The notes under the pieces are model-generated. The model saw nothing but the letters and a program-made list of their open reading frames with translations. It did not search any database and was not told the DNA's origin. Both the position numbers and the translations under genes were made by a program. Of a DNA stretch of 64,000 bases, positions 11,784 to 25,138 are shown piece by piece. Within the stretch, counting starts at the first letter, position 1; every line of letters starts with the position of its first letter. Location: positions 11,008,001 to 11,072,000 of the forward strand of contig CP086569.2 of NCBI GenBank assembly GCA_009914755.4. The letters run 5' to 3'. Source of the stretch: the human T2T-CHM13v2.0 reference genome, Homo sapiens.

Positions 11784-13294
11784 ATTCCATTCCACTCCAT
11801 TCCATTCCATTCCATTCCATTGCATTCCAAACAATTCCACTCTATTCTACCTGACTCCACTCCATTTCACCCCACTCATCTCCATTCCATTCCCCACCAT
11901 TGCATTCCATTCCCTTCCATTCCATTCCATTGCATTGCATTCCATTCCATTCCAGTGCACTCCGATCCACTCCACTGAAATTCACTCCACTCCACTCCAT
12001 TCTATTCCGTTTGGTTCTGTTCCATACTGTTCCATTCCACTCCATTCCATTCCACTCCACTCCATTCCACCCCACTCCATTTCACTCCATTCCAATACAT
12101 TCCACTCCATTCCACTCTATAACAGTCCACTCCACTCCACTCTGATCCAGTCCTCTCAAATCTATTAAACGCCATTCTGTTCCATTCCATTCCATTCGAT
12201 TCCATTCGATTCCATTCCATTCCATTCCATTCCATTCCATTCCATTCCATTCCATTCCATTCCATTCCATTCCTTTTCATTCCACACCATTCCATTCCAT
12301 TCTATTCCATTCCATTCCATTCATTCCATTCCACATCATTCCATTCCTCTCCAATCCAATGCATTCCATTCCACTCCAGTCTGCTCCACTCCACTCCATT
12401 TCACTCCACTAAACTTCATTCCACTTCACTCCATCCCATTCCACTCCTGTTCATTTCATTCCACTCCACTCCACTCCATTCCAGTCCAAACCACTCCATT
12501 CCATTCCATTCCATTCCATTTCATTGCATTCCACTCCATTTCATTCCATTCCATTACACTGCATTCCGATCCACTCCACTGAACTCAACTCCACTCCACT
12601 CCACTCCATTCCACTCCGTTCCCTTCCATTCCTTTCTGTTCCCTTCCATTCCACTCTATTCCATTCCACTCCAATGTATTCCACTTGACTCCATTTCATT
12701 CCATTCCACTCCATTCCACTTTACTCCTCTCCACTTCATTCCATTCCATTCCATTCCACTCCATTCCATTCCATTCCTCGCCATTCCATTCCATTACATT
12801 GCTCTCCTTTGCACTTAATTCCACTCCACTCCGTTCCACTCTTCTGCAATCTTTTCCAATCCTCTCTATTCCTCTCCATTTCATTCCATTTCCATTCATT
12901 CCTTTCCATTCCATTTCATTCCATTCCATTCCATTCCATTCCATTCCATTCCATTCCATTCTATTCCACTGTACTCCAATTCACTCCACTCAACTCCAGT
13001 CCACCCCACTGCAATCCACTCCATTCCATTCCACTCCATTCCATTCGATTCCACTAAGTTCCATTATATTGCACTCCATTCCACTCCATTCCATTCCACT
13101 CCACTTTTTTACACCCCACTCCGTTCCACTCCACTCAATTCCAATGCATTCCACTCCTTTCATTCCATTCCACTCCTTTCCTTTCCACTGCACTTCGATC
13201 CACTCCACTCAACTCCATTCCACTCCACTCCATTCCTTTCCGTTCCATTCCAGTCCACACCATTCCATTCCGTTCTACTCTATGACATTTCATT

Positions 13295-13372
13295 CCTTTA
13301 TTTTGACTGGATCTCACTGTGTCAGCCAGACTGGTGTGCACTGGCCCAATCTTAAATCACATTCCATTCACC
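13295..13372 (-). mobile_element. Alu-derived fragment module, copy 25
   Basis: TTTGACTGGATCTCACTGTGTCAGCCAGACTGGTGTGCACTGGCCCAATCTTAAATCAC. Confidence 0.7.
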
Positions 13373-14757
13373 ATTTCTTTCCTTGCCATTCCATTCCATT
13401 CCATTCCATTCCATTCCTTTCTACTGCACTCTGAGCCACTACCCTCAAGTTCACTCCACTCCACTCCGTTCCGTTCCGTTGCATTCCAATCCATTCCTGT
13501 CCTTTCCCCTCCATTCTATTCCATTCCACTCAATTCATTTCCATTCCATTCCACTCTATTTCACTCCTTTCCTCTCCACTCCATTCCACTTCACTCCATT
13601 CCACTCCACTCCACTCTATTCCACTCCTTTCCACTACAATCCACTCCATTCCACTCCACTCCTCTCCACTCCACTTCTCTCCTTTCCATTCCACTGCACT
13701 GCGATCCACCAAACTCAAATTCACTCCTCTCCACTCCATTCCATTCCATTCTGTTCCTTTCCATTCCTTTCCACTCCATTAAATTCAACGCCACTCCATT
13801 CCACTCCATTTCATTTCACTCCATTTCACTCCATTCCACTCCACTCCACTCTAATCCACTCTAGTCTACTCCACTCCACTCTGATGAAGTGCTCTTAAAT
13901 CCACTTCAGGCCATTCCGTTCTGTTCCATTCCATTCCATTCCATTCCTTTCCTGTACACATCCCTCCTTTCCATTCCATTCCATTCCACCCTATTGCATT
14001 CCACTGCATTCTAGTGCATTCCATTCCACTCCACTCTGCTCCACTCCACTTCATTCCTCTCCACTCCACTTCATTCCACTCCACTCTATTCCATTCCAAA
14101 CCAGTCCATTCCTTTCCGCCCCAATTCACTCCATTCCAGTCCAAACCACTCCATTCTATTCCATTCCAATGCACTCCGCCCCACTCCACTCAACTCCACT
14201 CCACTCCGTTTCATTCCGTTCTTTTCTATTCCATTCCATTCCACTCTATTCCATTCCTCTCCCCGCCATTACACTTGACTCCATTTCACTGCATTCCACT
14301 CCATTCCACACTAGTCCACTCCACTGCATTCCATTCCTCTCAATTCCATTCCATTCCACTCCATTCTATTCCATTCGCTTCCATTCCATTCCACTCCATT
14401 CCACTCCTCTCCATTCCAGTGCACTACAATCCTCTCCAATCCACTCCATTCAATTCCATTACCCTCCATTCCATTCCATTCCATTCCATTCCATTCCATT
14501 CCACTACACTCCATTCCATTCCACTCCACTGCACTTTGATCCACTCCACTCAACTCCACTGCACTCCACTCCAATCCACTCCATTCCATTCTTCCATTAT
14601 TTCCACTCTAATCAATGACTTTCCATTCCCCTCCATTCCACTCCATTCCAGTCCACTATATTCCACTCTACTTCGTTCAACTCCACTCTACTCTATTCCA
14701 CTGCATTCCAATCCACTCCATTCCTTTCCTTTCCATTCTACTTCACTCTATTCCATT

Positions 14758-14838
14758 CCTTTATTTCGATTTGATCTCACTCTGTCTCCAAGACTAAGGT
14801 GCAGTTGCTCAATCTTAGCTCACATTTCTGTAACCATT
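14758..14838 (-). mobile_element. Alu-derived fragment module, copy 26
   Basis: TTTCGATTTGATCTCACTCTGTCTCCAAGACTAAGGTGCAGTTGCTCAATCTTAGCTCAC. Confidence 0.7.
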
Positions 14839-15227
14839 CCTTTCCATTCCATTCCATTTCATTCCATTACATTCTACTGCACTCCTATCCACTCCAATCA
14901 ACTCCACTCCACTCCACTACGTTCCTTTTTGTTCCTTTCTAATCCATTCCATTCCATTCCTTTCCATCTTGTTCCATTCCATTCCACTCCACTCCATTCC
15001 ATTCCACTCCATTCCACTCTACTCCACTCCACTCCACGCCCCTCACTCCAATCCACTCCATTCCATTCCATTCCACTGAATGCTGTTCCACTCCACTCAA
15101 TTTCACTCCACTCCACTCCGATCCATTCAGTTCCATTCCATTCCATTCCCGTCCACTGCATTCCATTTCACTACACTCCATTCCACTCGTCTTCATTTTA
15201 TTCCATTCTACTGCATTCCTTTCTATT

Positions 15228-15307
15228 CCGTTATTTTGACACTATCTCACATTATCACCCAGACTGGAGTGCAGTGGCACCAACTTAGCTCATATTTCAT
15301 TTCACCA
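15228..15307 (-). mobile_element. Alu-derived fragment module, copy 27
   Basis: TATCTCACATTATCACCCAGACTGGAGTGCAGTGGCACCAACTTAGCTCAT. Confidence 0.75.
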
Positions 15308-15602
15308 TTCCATTCCATTCCATTCTATTCCATTCCATTCCATTCCATTCCATTCCATTCCATTCCATTCCATTGCATTCCTTTAAATTCCACACCATTG
15401 CATTCCACTCCACTCGACTCCATTCCACTCCGGTCCACTCCACTCCATTCCACTCCACTCCAATCCTTTCCTTCCATTCCATTCCATTCCATTCCATTCC
15501 ACTGCACTCTTATCCACTCCACTCCACTCCACTACATTCTGCTCTGTTCCATTCTGTTCCAGTGTACACCATTCCATTGCATTCTACTCCACGCCATTCC
15601 AT

Positions 15603-15680
15603 TCCTTTATTTTGAATGGATCTCACTGTGTCACCCAGACTGCAGTGCAGTGGCCCAATCTTGACTGACATTTCATTCAC
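15603..15680 (-). mobile_element. Alu-derived fragment module, copy 28
   Basis: GGATCTCACTGTGTCACCCAGACTGCAGTGCAGTGGCCCAATCTTGACTGAC. Confidence 0.75.
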
Positions 15681-16118
15681 CATTTCATTCCATTCCATGG
15701 CATCTTATTCCATTCCATTCCATTCCATTCCATTCCATTCCATTCCATTCCATGGCATTGCATTCCGTTCCTTTCCACTGCCCTCCCATGCACTCCACTC
15801 AACTCCACTGCACTTCAGTCTATTTCACACCATTCCTTTTCGTTCCATTCCGTTCCAATTCATTCCGTTGCATTCCACTCCATTCCATTCCTCTCCATTT
15901 CATTCCATTCCACTACATTCCATTCCATTCCACTCTATTCCTCTCCATTCCATTCCAATCCTCTCCATTCGTTTCATTCCATTCCATTCCTTTCCATTCC
16001 ACTGCACTCCAATCCACTCCACTCAGTTCCACTCCACTGCACTGCACTACACTCTGTTCCATTCCGTTCCCTTCCGGTCCACACCATTCCAATGCATTCT
16101 ACTCCATGTTATTCCATT

Positions 16119-16195
16119 CCTTTATTTTGAATGGTTCTCACTGTGTCACCCAGCCTGGAGTGCAGTGGCACAATCTTAGCTGACATTTCCTTCAG
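16119..16195 (-). mobile_element. Alu-derived fragment module, copy 29
   Basis: GGTTCTCACTGTGTCACCCAGCCTGGAGTGCAGTGGCACAATCTTAGCTGAC. Confidence 0.8.
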
Positions 16196-16509
16196 CATTC
16201 CATTCCATTCCATTCCATGGCATTCCATTCCATTCCTTTCCACTGCACTCCCTTGCACTCCACTCAACTCCAATTCACTTCACTCTACTTCACACCCTTC
16301 GTTTCGGTTCCATTCCATTCCGATACTTTCCATTCCATTCCTCTCCACTTCATTCCATTACACTCCATTCCATTCGATTCCACTACATTCCATTCCATTT
16401 CACTCCATTCCACTCCATTCCACTTCACTTGATTCCACTCTACTCCATTCAACTGCACTACACTCCATTCCACTGCTTTCCATTCCACTCCAATCCATTC
16501 CATTTTATT

Positions 16510-16588
16510 CCTTTATTTCGACTGAATCTCACGTGTCACCCAGACTGGAGTGCCGTAGCCCAATCTTAGCTCATATTTCATTAACCAT
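16510..16588 (-). mobile_element. Alu-derived fragment module, copy 30
   Basis: TTTCGACTGAATCTCACGTGTCACCCAGACTGGAGTGCCGTAGCCCAATCTTAGCTCAT. Confidence 0.75.
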
Positions 16589-16899
16589 TCCATTGCATAA
16601 CATTCCATTCCATTCCATTTCATTCCATTGCATTCCATTCCATTCCGTTCCATTCCAATGCACTCTGAACCACTGCACTGAGCTCCTTTCCACTCTCCTC
16701 TACTCCGTTCTATTCCATTCCATCCTGTTCCATTCAATTCTGCTCCACTCCACTGCATTCCATTCCACTTCATTCCACTCCACTCCTATCCACTTCACTC
16801 CATTCCCCTCCACTCCACTCCATTCTATTCCTTTTCATTCCTTTCCATTCCATTCCAATGCAGACCATTACATTACATTCTACTCCATTCCATTCCATT

Positions 16900-16978
16900 C
16901 CTTTATTTCGACAGGTTCTCACTCTGTCACCCAGACAGGAGTGCAGTGGCCCAATCTTAACTCACATTTAATTAACCA
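16900..16978 (-). mobile_element. Alu-derived fragment module, copy 31
   Basis: TTTCGACAGGTTCTCACTCTGTCACCCAGACAGGAGTGCAGTGGCCCAATCTTAACTCAC. Confidence 0.8.
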
Positions 16979-17444
16979 TTCCATTCTTTTCCATTCTATT
17001 CCATTCCATTCCATTTCATTCTATTGTGTTCCCTTCCATTCCATTCCATTCTATTGCGTTCCCTTCCATTCCTTTGCAGTCTGATGCACTCCATTCAACT
17101 CCACTCCATTCTTCTCCATTCCTTTACGTTCCATTCCATTGCATTCCGTTCTGTTCCATTCCACTCCAATCCATTGCGTTCCATTCCACTCCACTCCATT
17201 CCATTCCTCTCCATTCCTTTGCATTTCACTCCTTTCCACTTCATTCCAGTCCACTCCACTCCTCTCCACTCCACTCCACTCCATTCCTTTCCATTCAATT
17301 CCCCTGCACTCCAATCCACTCCACTCAAATTCACTCTATTCCACTCCGTTCCGTTCCATTCCGCTCTGTACCATTCCACTCCATTCCACTTCACCCTTCT
17401 CCAATCCACTCCACTCCATTCCTTCCCATTCTGTTCGATTCCAT

Positions 17445-17524
17445 TCCTTTATTTTGATGGGATCGCACTCTGTCACCCAGACAGGAGTGCAGTAGCCCAA
17501 TCTTAGCTCACATTTCATTTCACC
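17445..17524 (-). mobile_element. Alu-derived fragment module, copy 32
   Basis: GGGATCGCACTCTGTCACCCAGACAGGAGTGCAGTAGCCCAATCTTAGCTCAC. Confidence 0.8.
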
Positions 17525-17807
17525 AATCCGTTCCATCCCATTGCATTCCACTCCGTTCCATTCCACTCCACTACACTGCACTCCATTCCATTCCATTCCA
17601 CTCCATTCTACTCCACTCCACTGCACTGCACTCCACTCCACTCCATTCCATTCCATTTCGTTCGACTGTACTCTCATCCACTCCACTCAACTTCACTCCA
17701 CTCCACTCAACTCCGTTCCATTTTGTTCCCTTCCTTTCCATTCCATTCCTCTCCATTCCATTCCACTCCACTCCATTCCATTCCATTCTACTCCATTTCT
17801 TTCCATT

Positions 17808-17886
17808 CCTTTATTTCAACTGGATCTCACTCTTTCAACCAGAATGGAGTGCAGTGGCACAATCTTAGCTCACATTTCATTTCACC
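17808..17886 (-). mobile_element. Alu-derived fragment module, copy 33
   Basis: TGGATCTCACTCTTTCAACCAGAATGGAGTGCAGTGGCACAATCTTAGCTCAC. Confidence 0.8.
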
Positions 17887-18434
17887 ATTCCATTCCATTC
17901 CTTTCCACTCCATTCCTTTCCACTCCTGTCCACTCCATTGCATTCTGTTCCATTGCATTCCATTCCACTGCCCTCCTGCCCACTCCACTCAAGTCCACGC
18001 CACTCCTGTGCATTTATTTCCATTCCGTTTAATTCCATTCCATTCCGTTCCATTCCATTCCATTCCATTCCACTCCTTTCTATTCCACTTCTCTCCATTC
18101 CACTCCACTCCATTTCATTCAATTCAACTCCTTTCCACTCGACTCCACTGCATTCCACTCCTTTTCTTCCTGTTCCACTCCACTCCATTCCACTCCCCTT
18201 GATTCTATTCCACTCCATTCCATTCAACTCCAAACCACTCCACTCCACTCCATTCCGTTCCCCTCCACTTCACTCCTTTCTAATCCATTCTATTCAAATT
18301 CTCTCCATTCCATTCCTTTCCATTAAACTCCATTCCACTCCACTCCATTCCAGTCCACTCCACTCCATTCCACTCCATTCCATTCAATTACACTCCACTC
18401 CTTTCCATAACAGGCAACTCTGTTCCATTCCATT

Positions 18435-18512
18435 TCTTTATTTCGACTGGATCTCACTTTGTCATCGGACTGAAGTGCAGTGACACAGTCTTAGCTCACT
18501 TTTCATTTCACC
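18435..18512 (-). mobile_element. Alu-derived fragment module, copy 34
   Basis: TTTCGACTGGATCTCACTTTGTCATCGGACTGAAGTGCAGTGACACAGTCTTAGCTCAC. Confidence 0.75.
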
Positions 18513-18883
18513 TTTACAACCCATTCCTTTCCATTGCATTCCATTCCATTGCATTCCATTCCATTCCATTCCACTGCACTCTGATCCACTCCACTCCACT
18601 CCACTACAGTCAATTCCATTCCCTTCCACTCCATTCGATTTCACTACATTCCATTCCATTCCACTCCACTGCATTCCACTCCACCCCATTCCATTCCACT
18701 CTAAACACTCCAAGCCATTCCTTTCCCTTCCACTCCTTTCCATAATATTCCATTCCAATCCATTCCAGTCCATTTCACTCCACTCGATTCCACTCCAATC
18801 CAATCAACTCCACTTCCCTCCATTCCACTGCATTCCATTCCACTCCAATCCATTACATTCCATTCTACTCTATTCCATTCCAT

Positions 18884-18930
18884 TCCTTTATCTCGACTGA
18901 ATGTCTCTGTGTCACCCAGACAGGAGTGAC
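18884..18930 (-). mobile_element. Alu-derived fragment module, copy 35 (3'-truncated deletion variant)
   Basis: TTTATCTCGACTGAATGTCTCTGTGTCACCCAGACAGGAGTGAC runs directly into satellite; the GCAGTGGCACAATCTTAGCTCAC part is missing. Confidence 0.45.
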
Positions 18931-19003
18931 ATTTCACTCCATTCCATTTCATTCTTCTCCAATCAACTCCACTCCATTTCATTCCATTCTATTCCATTCC
19001 ATT

Positions 19004-19083
19004 CCTTTATTTTGACGGGATCTCACTCTGTCACCCAGAGAGGTGTGCACTAGCACAATCTTAGCTCACATTTCCTTTCACCA
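19004..19083 (-). mobile_element. Alu-derived fragment module, copy 36
   Basis: GGGATCTCACTCTGTCACCCAGAGAGGTGTGCACTAGCACAATCTTAGCTCAC. Confidence 0.75.
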
Positions 19084-19374
19084 ATCCATTCCAACCCATT
19101 GCATTCCTCTCCATTCCATTCCACTCCACTCCACTCCATTCCATTCCATTCCACTCCATTCCACTCCACTCCACTGCACTCCACTCCATTCCATTCCATT
19201 TCATTCCACTGCACACCGATCCACTCCACTCAAATTCACTCCACTCCATTCAACTCTGTTCCATTCCATTCCCTTCCTTTCCATTTCATTACTCTCTTTT
19301 CCATTCCACTCGATTCCACTGCACTCCATTCCACTGCACTCCATTCCATTTCCTTCTACTCCATTCCTTTCCAT

Positions 19375-19455
19375 TCCGTTATTTCAACTGGATCTCACTA
19401 TTTCAACCAGACTGGAGTGCAGTGGCATAATCTTTGCTCACATTTCATTTCACCA
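19375..19455 (-). mobile_element. Alu-derived fragment module, copy 37
   Basis: TGGATCTCACTATTTCAACCAGACTGGAGTGCAGTGGCATAATCTTTGCTCAC. Confidence 0.8.
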
Positions 19456-20002
19456 TTCCATTCCATTACAATCCATCCCATTCCATTCCACTCCATTCCA
19501 TTCAACTCCAATCCACCCCACTCCACTCCACTCCATTCCATTCCACTCCAGTCCACTCCATTGCATTCCGTTCCATTCCATTCCATTCCAGTGCACTCCT
19601 ATCCACTCCACTCAACTCCATGCCACTCCACTGCGTTTCTTTCGATTCTGTTCCATTCCATTCCATTCCATTCCATTCCATTCCATTCCATTCCATTCCA
19701 ATCTTTTCCATTCCACTTCACTCCATTCCCCTTCATTCCATTCCACTCTATTCCTCTGCATATCACTCTATTCCACTTCATTCCACTCCACTCCATTCAA
19801 CTCCACTCCTTTCCATTCCATTCAATTCCCCTGCACTCTAATCCACTCCACTCAAATTCACTCCACTCCATTCCATTCCATTCCATTCCATTCCATTCCA
19901 TTCCATTCCATTCCGTTCTGTTCTGTACCACTCCACTCTATTCCATTTCACAGTTCTCCATTCTCCTTCACTCCATTCCAATCCATTCTACTCCATTCCA
20001 TT

Positions 20003-20080
20003 CCTTTATTTCGATGCGTTCTCACTCTGTCACCCAGACAGGAGTGGAGTGGCCCAATCAGAACTCACATTTAATTATGC
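20003..20080 (-). mobile_element. Alu-derived fragment module, copy 38
   Basis: TTTCGATGCGTTCTCACTCTGTCACCCAGACAGGAGTGGAGTGGCCCAATCAGAACTCAC. Confidence 0.75.
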
Positions 20081-21359
20081 ATTCCATTCTATTCCATTCC
20101 ATTCCATTCCATTCCATTCCATTCCATTCCATTCCATTCCATTCCACTCCATTCCATTCAACTCCAATCCACCCCACTCCACTCCATTCCATTCCACCCC
20201 AGTCCACTCCATTGCATTCCATTCCATTCCATTCCATTTCACTGCACTCCTATCCACTCCACTCAACACCACGCCACTCCAGAGCGTGTCTTTCCATTCC
20301 ATTCCATTCCATTCCATTCCATTCCATTCCATTCCATTCCAATCCATCCCATTCCATTCCACTCCATTCCATTCAACTCCAATCCACCCCACCCCACTCT
20401 TCTCCATTCCATTCCACTCCAGTCCACTCCATTGCATTCCGTTCCATTCCATTCCATTCCATTCCAGTGCACTCCTATCCACTCCACTCAACTCCATGAT
20501 ACTCCACTGCGTTTCTTTCGATTCTGTTCCATTCCATTCCATTCCATTCCATTCCATTCCACTCCTTTCCATTCCACTTCACTCCATTCCATTTCATTCC
20601 ATTCCACTGCTTTCCATTCCATTTCACTCTATTCCACTCCATTCCACTCAACTGCAGTGCATTCCACTCCATTCCATTCCACTCCACTCCACTCCTTTCT
20701 ACTCCCGTCGATTCTATTCCACTCCATTCCATTCAACTCCAAACCACTCCACTCCACTCCATTCTGTTCCATTCCACTCCACTTCACTCCATTCCAATTC
20801 ATTCCATTCAATTACTCTCCATTCCATTCCATTCCGTTAAAATCCATTCCACTCCATTCCACTGCACTCCATTCCACTCCATTCCATTCCACTCCATTCA
20901 ATTCTATTGAGTTCTCTTCCATTCCATTGCACTCTGGTGCACTCCATTCAACTCCATTCCACTCTTCTCCTTTCCTTTCCTTTCCTTTCCATTCCATTGC
21001 ATTCCACTCCAATCCATTCCAATCCATTCCACTCCACTGCATTCCATTCCTCTCCATTCCTTTGCATTTCACTCCATTTCACTTCATTCCCCTCCTCTCC
21101 ACTCCACTCCACTCCATTCCATTCCATTCCATTACATTCCTCTCACTTCCATTCTATTCCACTCCATTCCATTCAACTCCAATCCACTCCACTCCACTCC
21201 ATTCCGTTCCACTCCACTCCTTTCCATTCCAATACATTACATTCAATTACTCTCCATTCCATTCCATTCCATTCCACTCCACTCCACTTCATTCCACTAC
21301 ATTCCTTTCCACTCCACTCCACTCCATTTCATAACTTGCAACTCCGTTCCATTCAATTC

Positions 21360-21440
21360 CCTTATTTTTACTGGATCTCACTTTGTCATCAGATTGAAGT
21401 TCATTGGCACAATCTTAGCTCACATTTTATTTCACCATTC
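21360..21440 (-). mobile_element. Alu-derived fragment module, copy 39
   Basis: TGGATCTCACTTTGTCATCAGATTGAAGTTCATTGGCACAATCTTAGCTCAC. Confidence 0.7.
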
Positions 21441-21789
21441 CATTTCTTTCCATTCCATTCCACTACATTGCTTTCCATTCCAATGCACTCCGATCCACTC
21501 CTCTCAAGTCTGCTCCACTCCCGTCCATTCCATTCCTTTCCACTCCGTTCGATTCCACTACATTCCATTCCATTCCACTCCATTCCACTCCACTGCGTTC
21601 CACTCCACTCTACTGAACTCCAAGCTATTCCTTTCCATTCCACTCCTTTCCATGATGTTCCATTCCACTCCATTCCACTCCACTCGATTCCACTCGTACC
21701 CAAACAACTCCACTCCTCTCCATTCCACTGCATTCCATTCCACTCCAATTCATTACATTCCATTCTACTCCAATCCATTCCATTCCATT

Positions 21790-21868
21790 CTTTATTTCGA
21801 CTGAATCTCACAGTGTCTCCCCAAGTGGAGTGCCATAGCCCGATCTTAGCTCACATTTCATTAACCAT
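21790..21868 (-). mobile_element. Alu-derived fragment module, copy 40
   Basis: TTTCGACTGAATCTCACAGTGTCTCCCCAAGTGGAGTGCCATAGCCCGATCTTAGCTCAC. Confidence 0.7.
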
Positions 21869-22199
21869 TCGATTGCATTCCATTCCATTCCATTCAATTT
21901 CGTTCAATTCCATTCCATTGTATTTCATTCCGTTCCATTGCACTCTCTTTCACTGCTCTGAACTACACTCCACTCCGTTTTATTCTTTTCCATCCCGTTC
22001 TATTCCATTACATTAAATACCTCTCTACTCCACTCCATTCCATTCCATTCCACTTCATCCCAATCCAATCCACTCCACTTCACTCCATTCCCCTCAACTC
22101 CACTCCATTCCATTCCATTCCATTCCATTCCGTTCCATTCCACTCCATTCCATTCCTTTCCAATGCAGACCATTCTATTCCACTCTACTCCATTCCATT

Positions 22200-22255
22200 C
22201 CTTTTTTTTCTATGGGTTCTCATTCTGTCACCAAGATAGGAGTGCGGTGGCCTTC
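22200..22255 (-). mobile_element. Alu-derived fragment module, copy 41 (3'-truncated)
   Basis: TTTTTTTTCTATGGGTTCTCATTCTGTCACCAAGATAGGAGTGCGGTGGCCTTCATCAA, then satellite. Confidence 0.45.
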
Positions 22256-22685
22256 ATCAACTATTCCATTCCATTCCATTCCATTCCATTCCATTCCATT
22301 CCATTCCATTCCATTCCATTCCATGCTGTTGCATTCCCTTCCATTCCGTTGCACTCCGATCCACTCCATTCAAATCCACGCCACTCTTCTCCATTCCGTT
22401 CCATTCCGTTCCATTCCATTGTCTTCTATTCCATTCCACTCCACACCATTCCATTCCACTCTATTCTTCTGCATTTCACTGCATTCCACTTCATTCCACC
22501 CCACTCCACACCACTACACTCCATTCCATTGCATTCAATTCCCCTTCACTCCAATCTACTCCACTCAACTTCACTACACTCCACTCCATTCCATTGCATT
22601 CCATTCTTTACCATTCCACTCTATTCCATTTCACCCTTCTCCATTCTACTCCACTCCATTCCAATCCATTCTTCTCCGTTCCATT

Positions 22686-22765
22686 CCTTTATTTTGACGG
22701 GATCTCACTCTGTCACCCAGACAGGAATGCAGTGGCCCAATGTTAGCTCACATTTCATTTCACCA
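22686..22765 (-). mobile_element. Alu-derived fragment module, copy 42
   Basis: GGGATCTCACTCTGTCACCCAGACAGGAATGCAGTGGCCCAATGTTAGCTCAC. Confidence 0.8.
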
Positions 22766-23571
22766 ATCCATTCTATCTCATTGAATACCACACCATTCCA
22801 TTGCACTCCACTCCATTCCATTCTACTGCACTCCACGCCACTCCTCTCCAATCCATTCCACTCCACTCTACTGCAATCCACTCCACTCCACTGCACTCCA
22901 CTCCACTCCATTCCATTCCATTTCATTCCACTACTCTCTGATCCACCGCACTCAACTTTACTCCCCTCCACTCCACTGTGTTCCATTCCGTTCCCCACGA
23001 CTCCATTCCATTCCACTCCACTCCACTACACTCCATTCCATTCCACTCCAGTCCACTCCACTGCATTCAGTTCCATTCCATTCCGTTCCACTGTACTCCG
23101 GTCCACTCCACTCAACTCCATGCCACTCCATTCCGTTTCTTTCCATTCCTTTGCATTACATTCCATTCCGATTCATTCCATTCCACTTCACTCCATTCCA
23201 CTCCATTCCTTTTCACTGCATTCCACTCCTTTCCACTCCATTGCACTTCATTTCTCTCCATTCCATTTCATTCCCCTCCACTCCACTCCATTACATTCCC
23301 CTCCATTCTATTCCACTCCACTCCATCACCTCCAATCCACTCCACTCACTCCACTCCATTCTGTTCCACTCCACTCCATTCCAATCCATTCCATTCAATT
23401 ACTCTGCTTTCCATTCCATTCCATTACACTACATTCCATTCCATTCCACGCCACTCCATTCCACTTCATTCCACTCCATTCCACTTCACTCCACTCCATT
23501 CCACTCAATTCCATTGCATTCCACTCCACTCCACTCCATTCGATATCATGCAACTCCGTTTCATTATATTC

Positions 23572-23650
23572 CTTCATTTCGACTGGATCTCACTTTGTCA
23601 CCAGACTGAAGTGCAGTGGCGGAATCTTAGCTCACATTTCTATTCACCAT
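23572..23650 (-). mobile_element. Alu-derived fragment module, copy 43
   Basis: TTTCGACTGGATCTCACTTTGTCACCAGACTGAAGTGCAGTGGCGGAATCTTAGCTCAC. Confidence 0.8.
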
Positions 23651-24043
23651 TCCATTACATTCCAGTCCATTTCAGTGCATTCCATTCTACAATATTCCAT
23701 TCAATTCCACTGCACTTCGATCCACTCCACTCAACTGTGCTCCAGTCCATTCCATTCCATTCCATTCCATTCCACTCCATTCGATTACACTACATTCTCT
23801 TCCATTCCTTTTCATTTCACTCCACTGTATTCCCCTCCACTCCATTCCACTCCACTCCACTGCACTCCATGCCATTCCTTTCCATTCCACTCCTTTTCAT
23901 GATTTTCCATTCCACTCCATTCCACTCTATTCCACTCCTCTCGATTCCACTCGAATCCAGTCAACTCCACTCCTCTCAATTCCACTGCATTCCATTCCAC
24001 TCCAATCCATTACATTCCACTATACTGTATTACATTCTATTAC

Positions 24044-24120
24044 TTTATATCGAGTGATTCTCACTCTGTCACCCATACTGGAGTGCTGTGTCCAATCTTA
24101 GCTCACATTTCCTTAACCAT
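24044..24120 (-). mobile_element. Alu-derived fragment module, copy 44
   Basis: ATCGAGTGATTCTCACTCTGTCACCCATACTGGAGTGCTGTGTCCAATCTTAGCTCAC. Confidence 0.75.
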
Positions 24121-24421
24121 TCAATTGCATTCCATTCCATTCCATTCCATTTCATACCATTCCACTGCATTCCATTCCATTCCACTGCATTCCTACCCAC
24201 TCCACTGAATTCGACTCCACTCCACTCCAGTCCACTGCACTCCATTCTATTCTGTTCCATTCTGTTCCATTCCGTTATGTTCCATTCCACTCCACTCCAT
24301 TCTATTCCATTCCCATCTATTCCATTCCATTCCATTCCATTCCATTCCATTCCATTCCATTCCATTCCATTCCATTCCAATGCACACCATTACATTCCAT
24401 TCTACTCCATTCCATTCCAGT

Positions 24422-24500
24422 CTTTTATTTCGACGGGATCTCTCTCTGTCCCCAAGACAGGAGTGCAGTGGCCCAATCTTAGCTCTCATTTCATTAACCA
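24422..24500 (-). mobile_element. Alu-derived fragment module, copy 45
   Basis: TTTCGACGGGATCTCTCTCTGTCCCCAAGACAGGAGTGCAGTGGCCCAATCTTAGCTCTC. Confidence 0.75.
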
Positions 24501-25057
24501 TTCCATTCTATTCCATTCCTTTCCTTTGCATTCCTTTCCATTCCATTCTTTTGCATTATCTTCCATTCCACAGCACTCCTATCTACTCCATTCAACTCCA
24601 CTCCTCTCTTCTCTACTCTGTTCCGTTCCTTTCCACTTCATTCCATTCCATCCCATTCTACTCCATTCCATTCCATTCCATTCCACTCGACTCCATTCCA
24701 TTCCACTCCATTCCTCTCAATTTCACCCCATTCCACTTCATTCCACTCCACTCCCCTCCACTCCATTCCATTCCACTCCATTCCATTCCCCAGCACTCCA
24801 ATCCACTGCACTCAACTTCACTCCATGCCACTCCATTCCACTACATTCTATTCTACTCCATTCCACTCCACTCCATTCCATTCCACTCCATTTCACTCCA
24901 CTTCAATCCATTCCACTCTTCTCTACTCCACTTCATTAGATTCTATTCCACTCCACTCCACTCCACTCCATTCCATTCCATTCCACTCCATTGCATTCCA
25001 CTCTACTCCATTCCACTCCACTCCTTTCCATTACATTCTATTCCATGCTGTTCCATT

Positions 25058-25138
25058 CCTTAATTTCGATTGGATCTCACACTGTCACCCAGACTGGAGT
25101 GCTGCAGCAAAATCTCAGTTCAAATTTCATTTCACCAT
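25058..25138 (-). mobile_element. Alu-derived fragment module, copy 46
   Basis: TTTCGATTGGATCTCACACTGTCACCCAGACTGGAGTGCTGCAGCAAAATCTCAGTTCAA. Confidence 0.75.
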
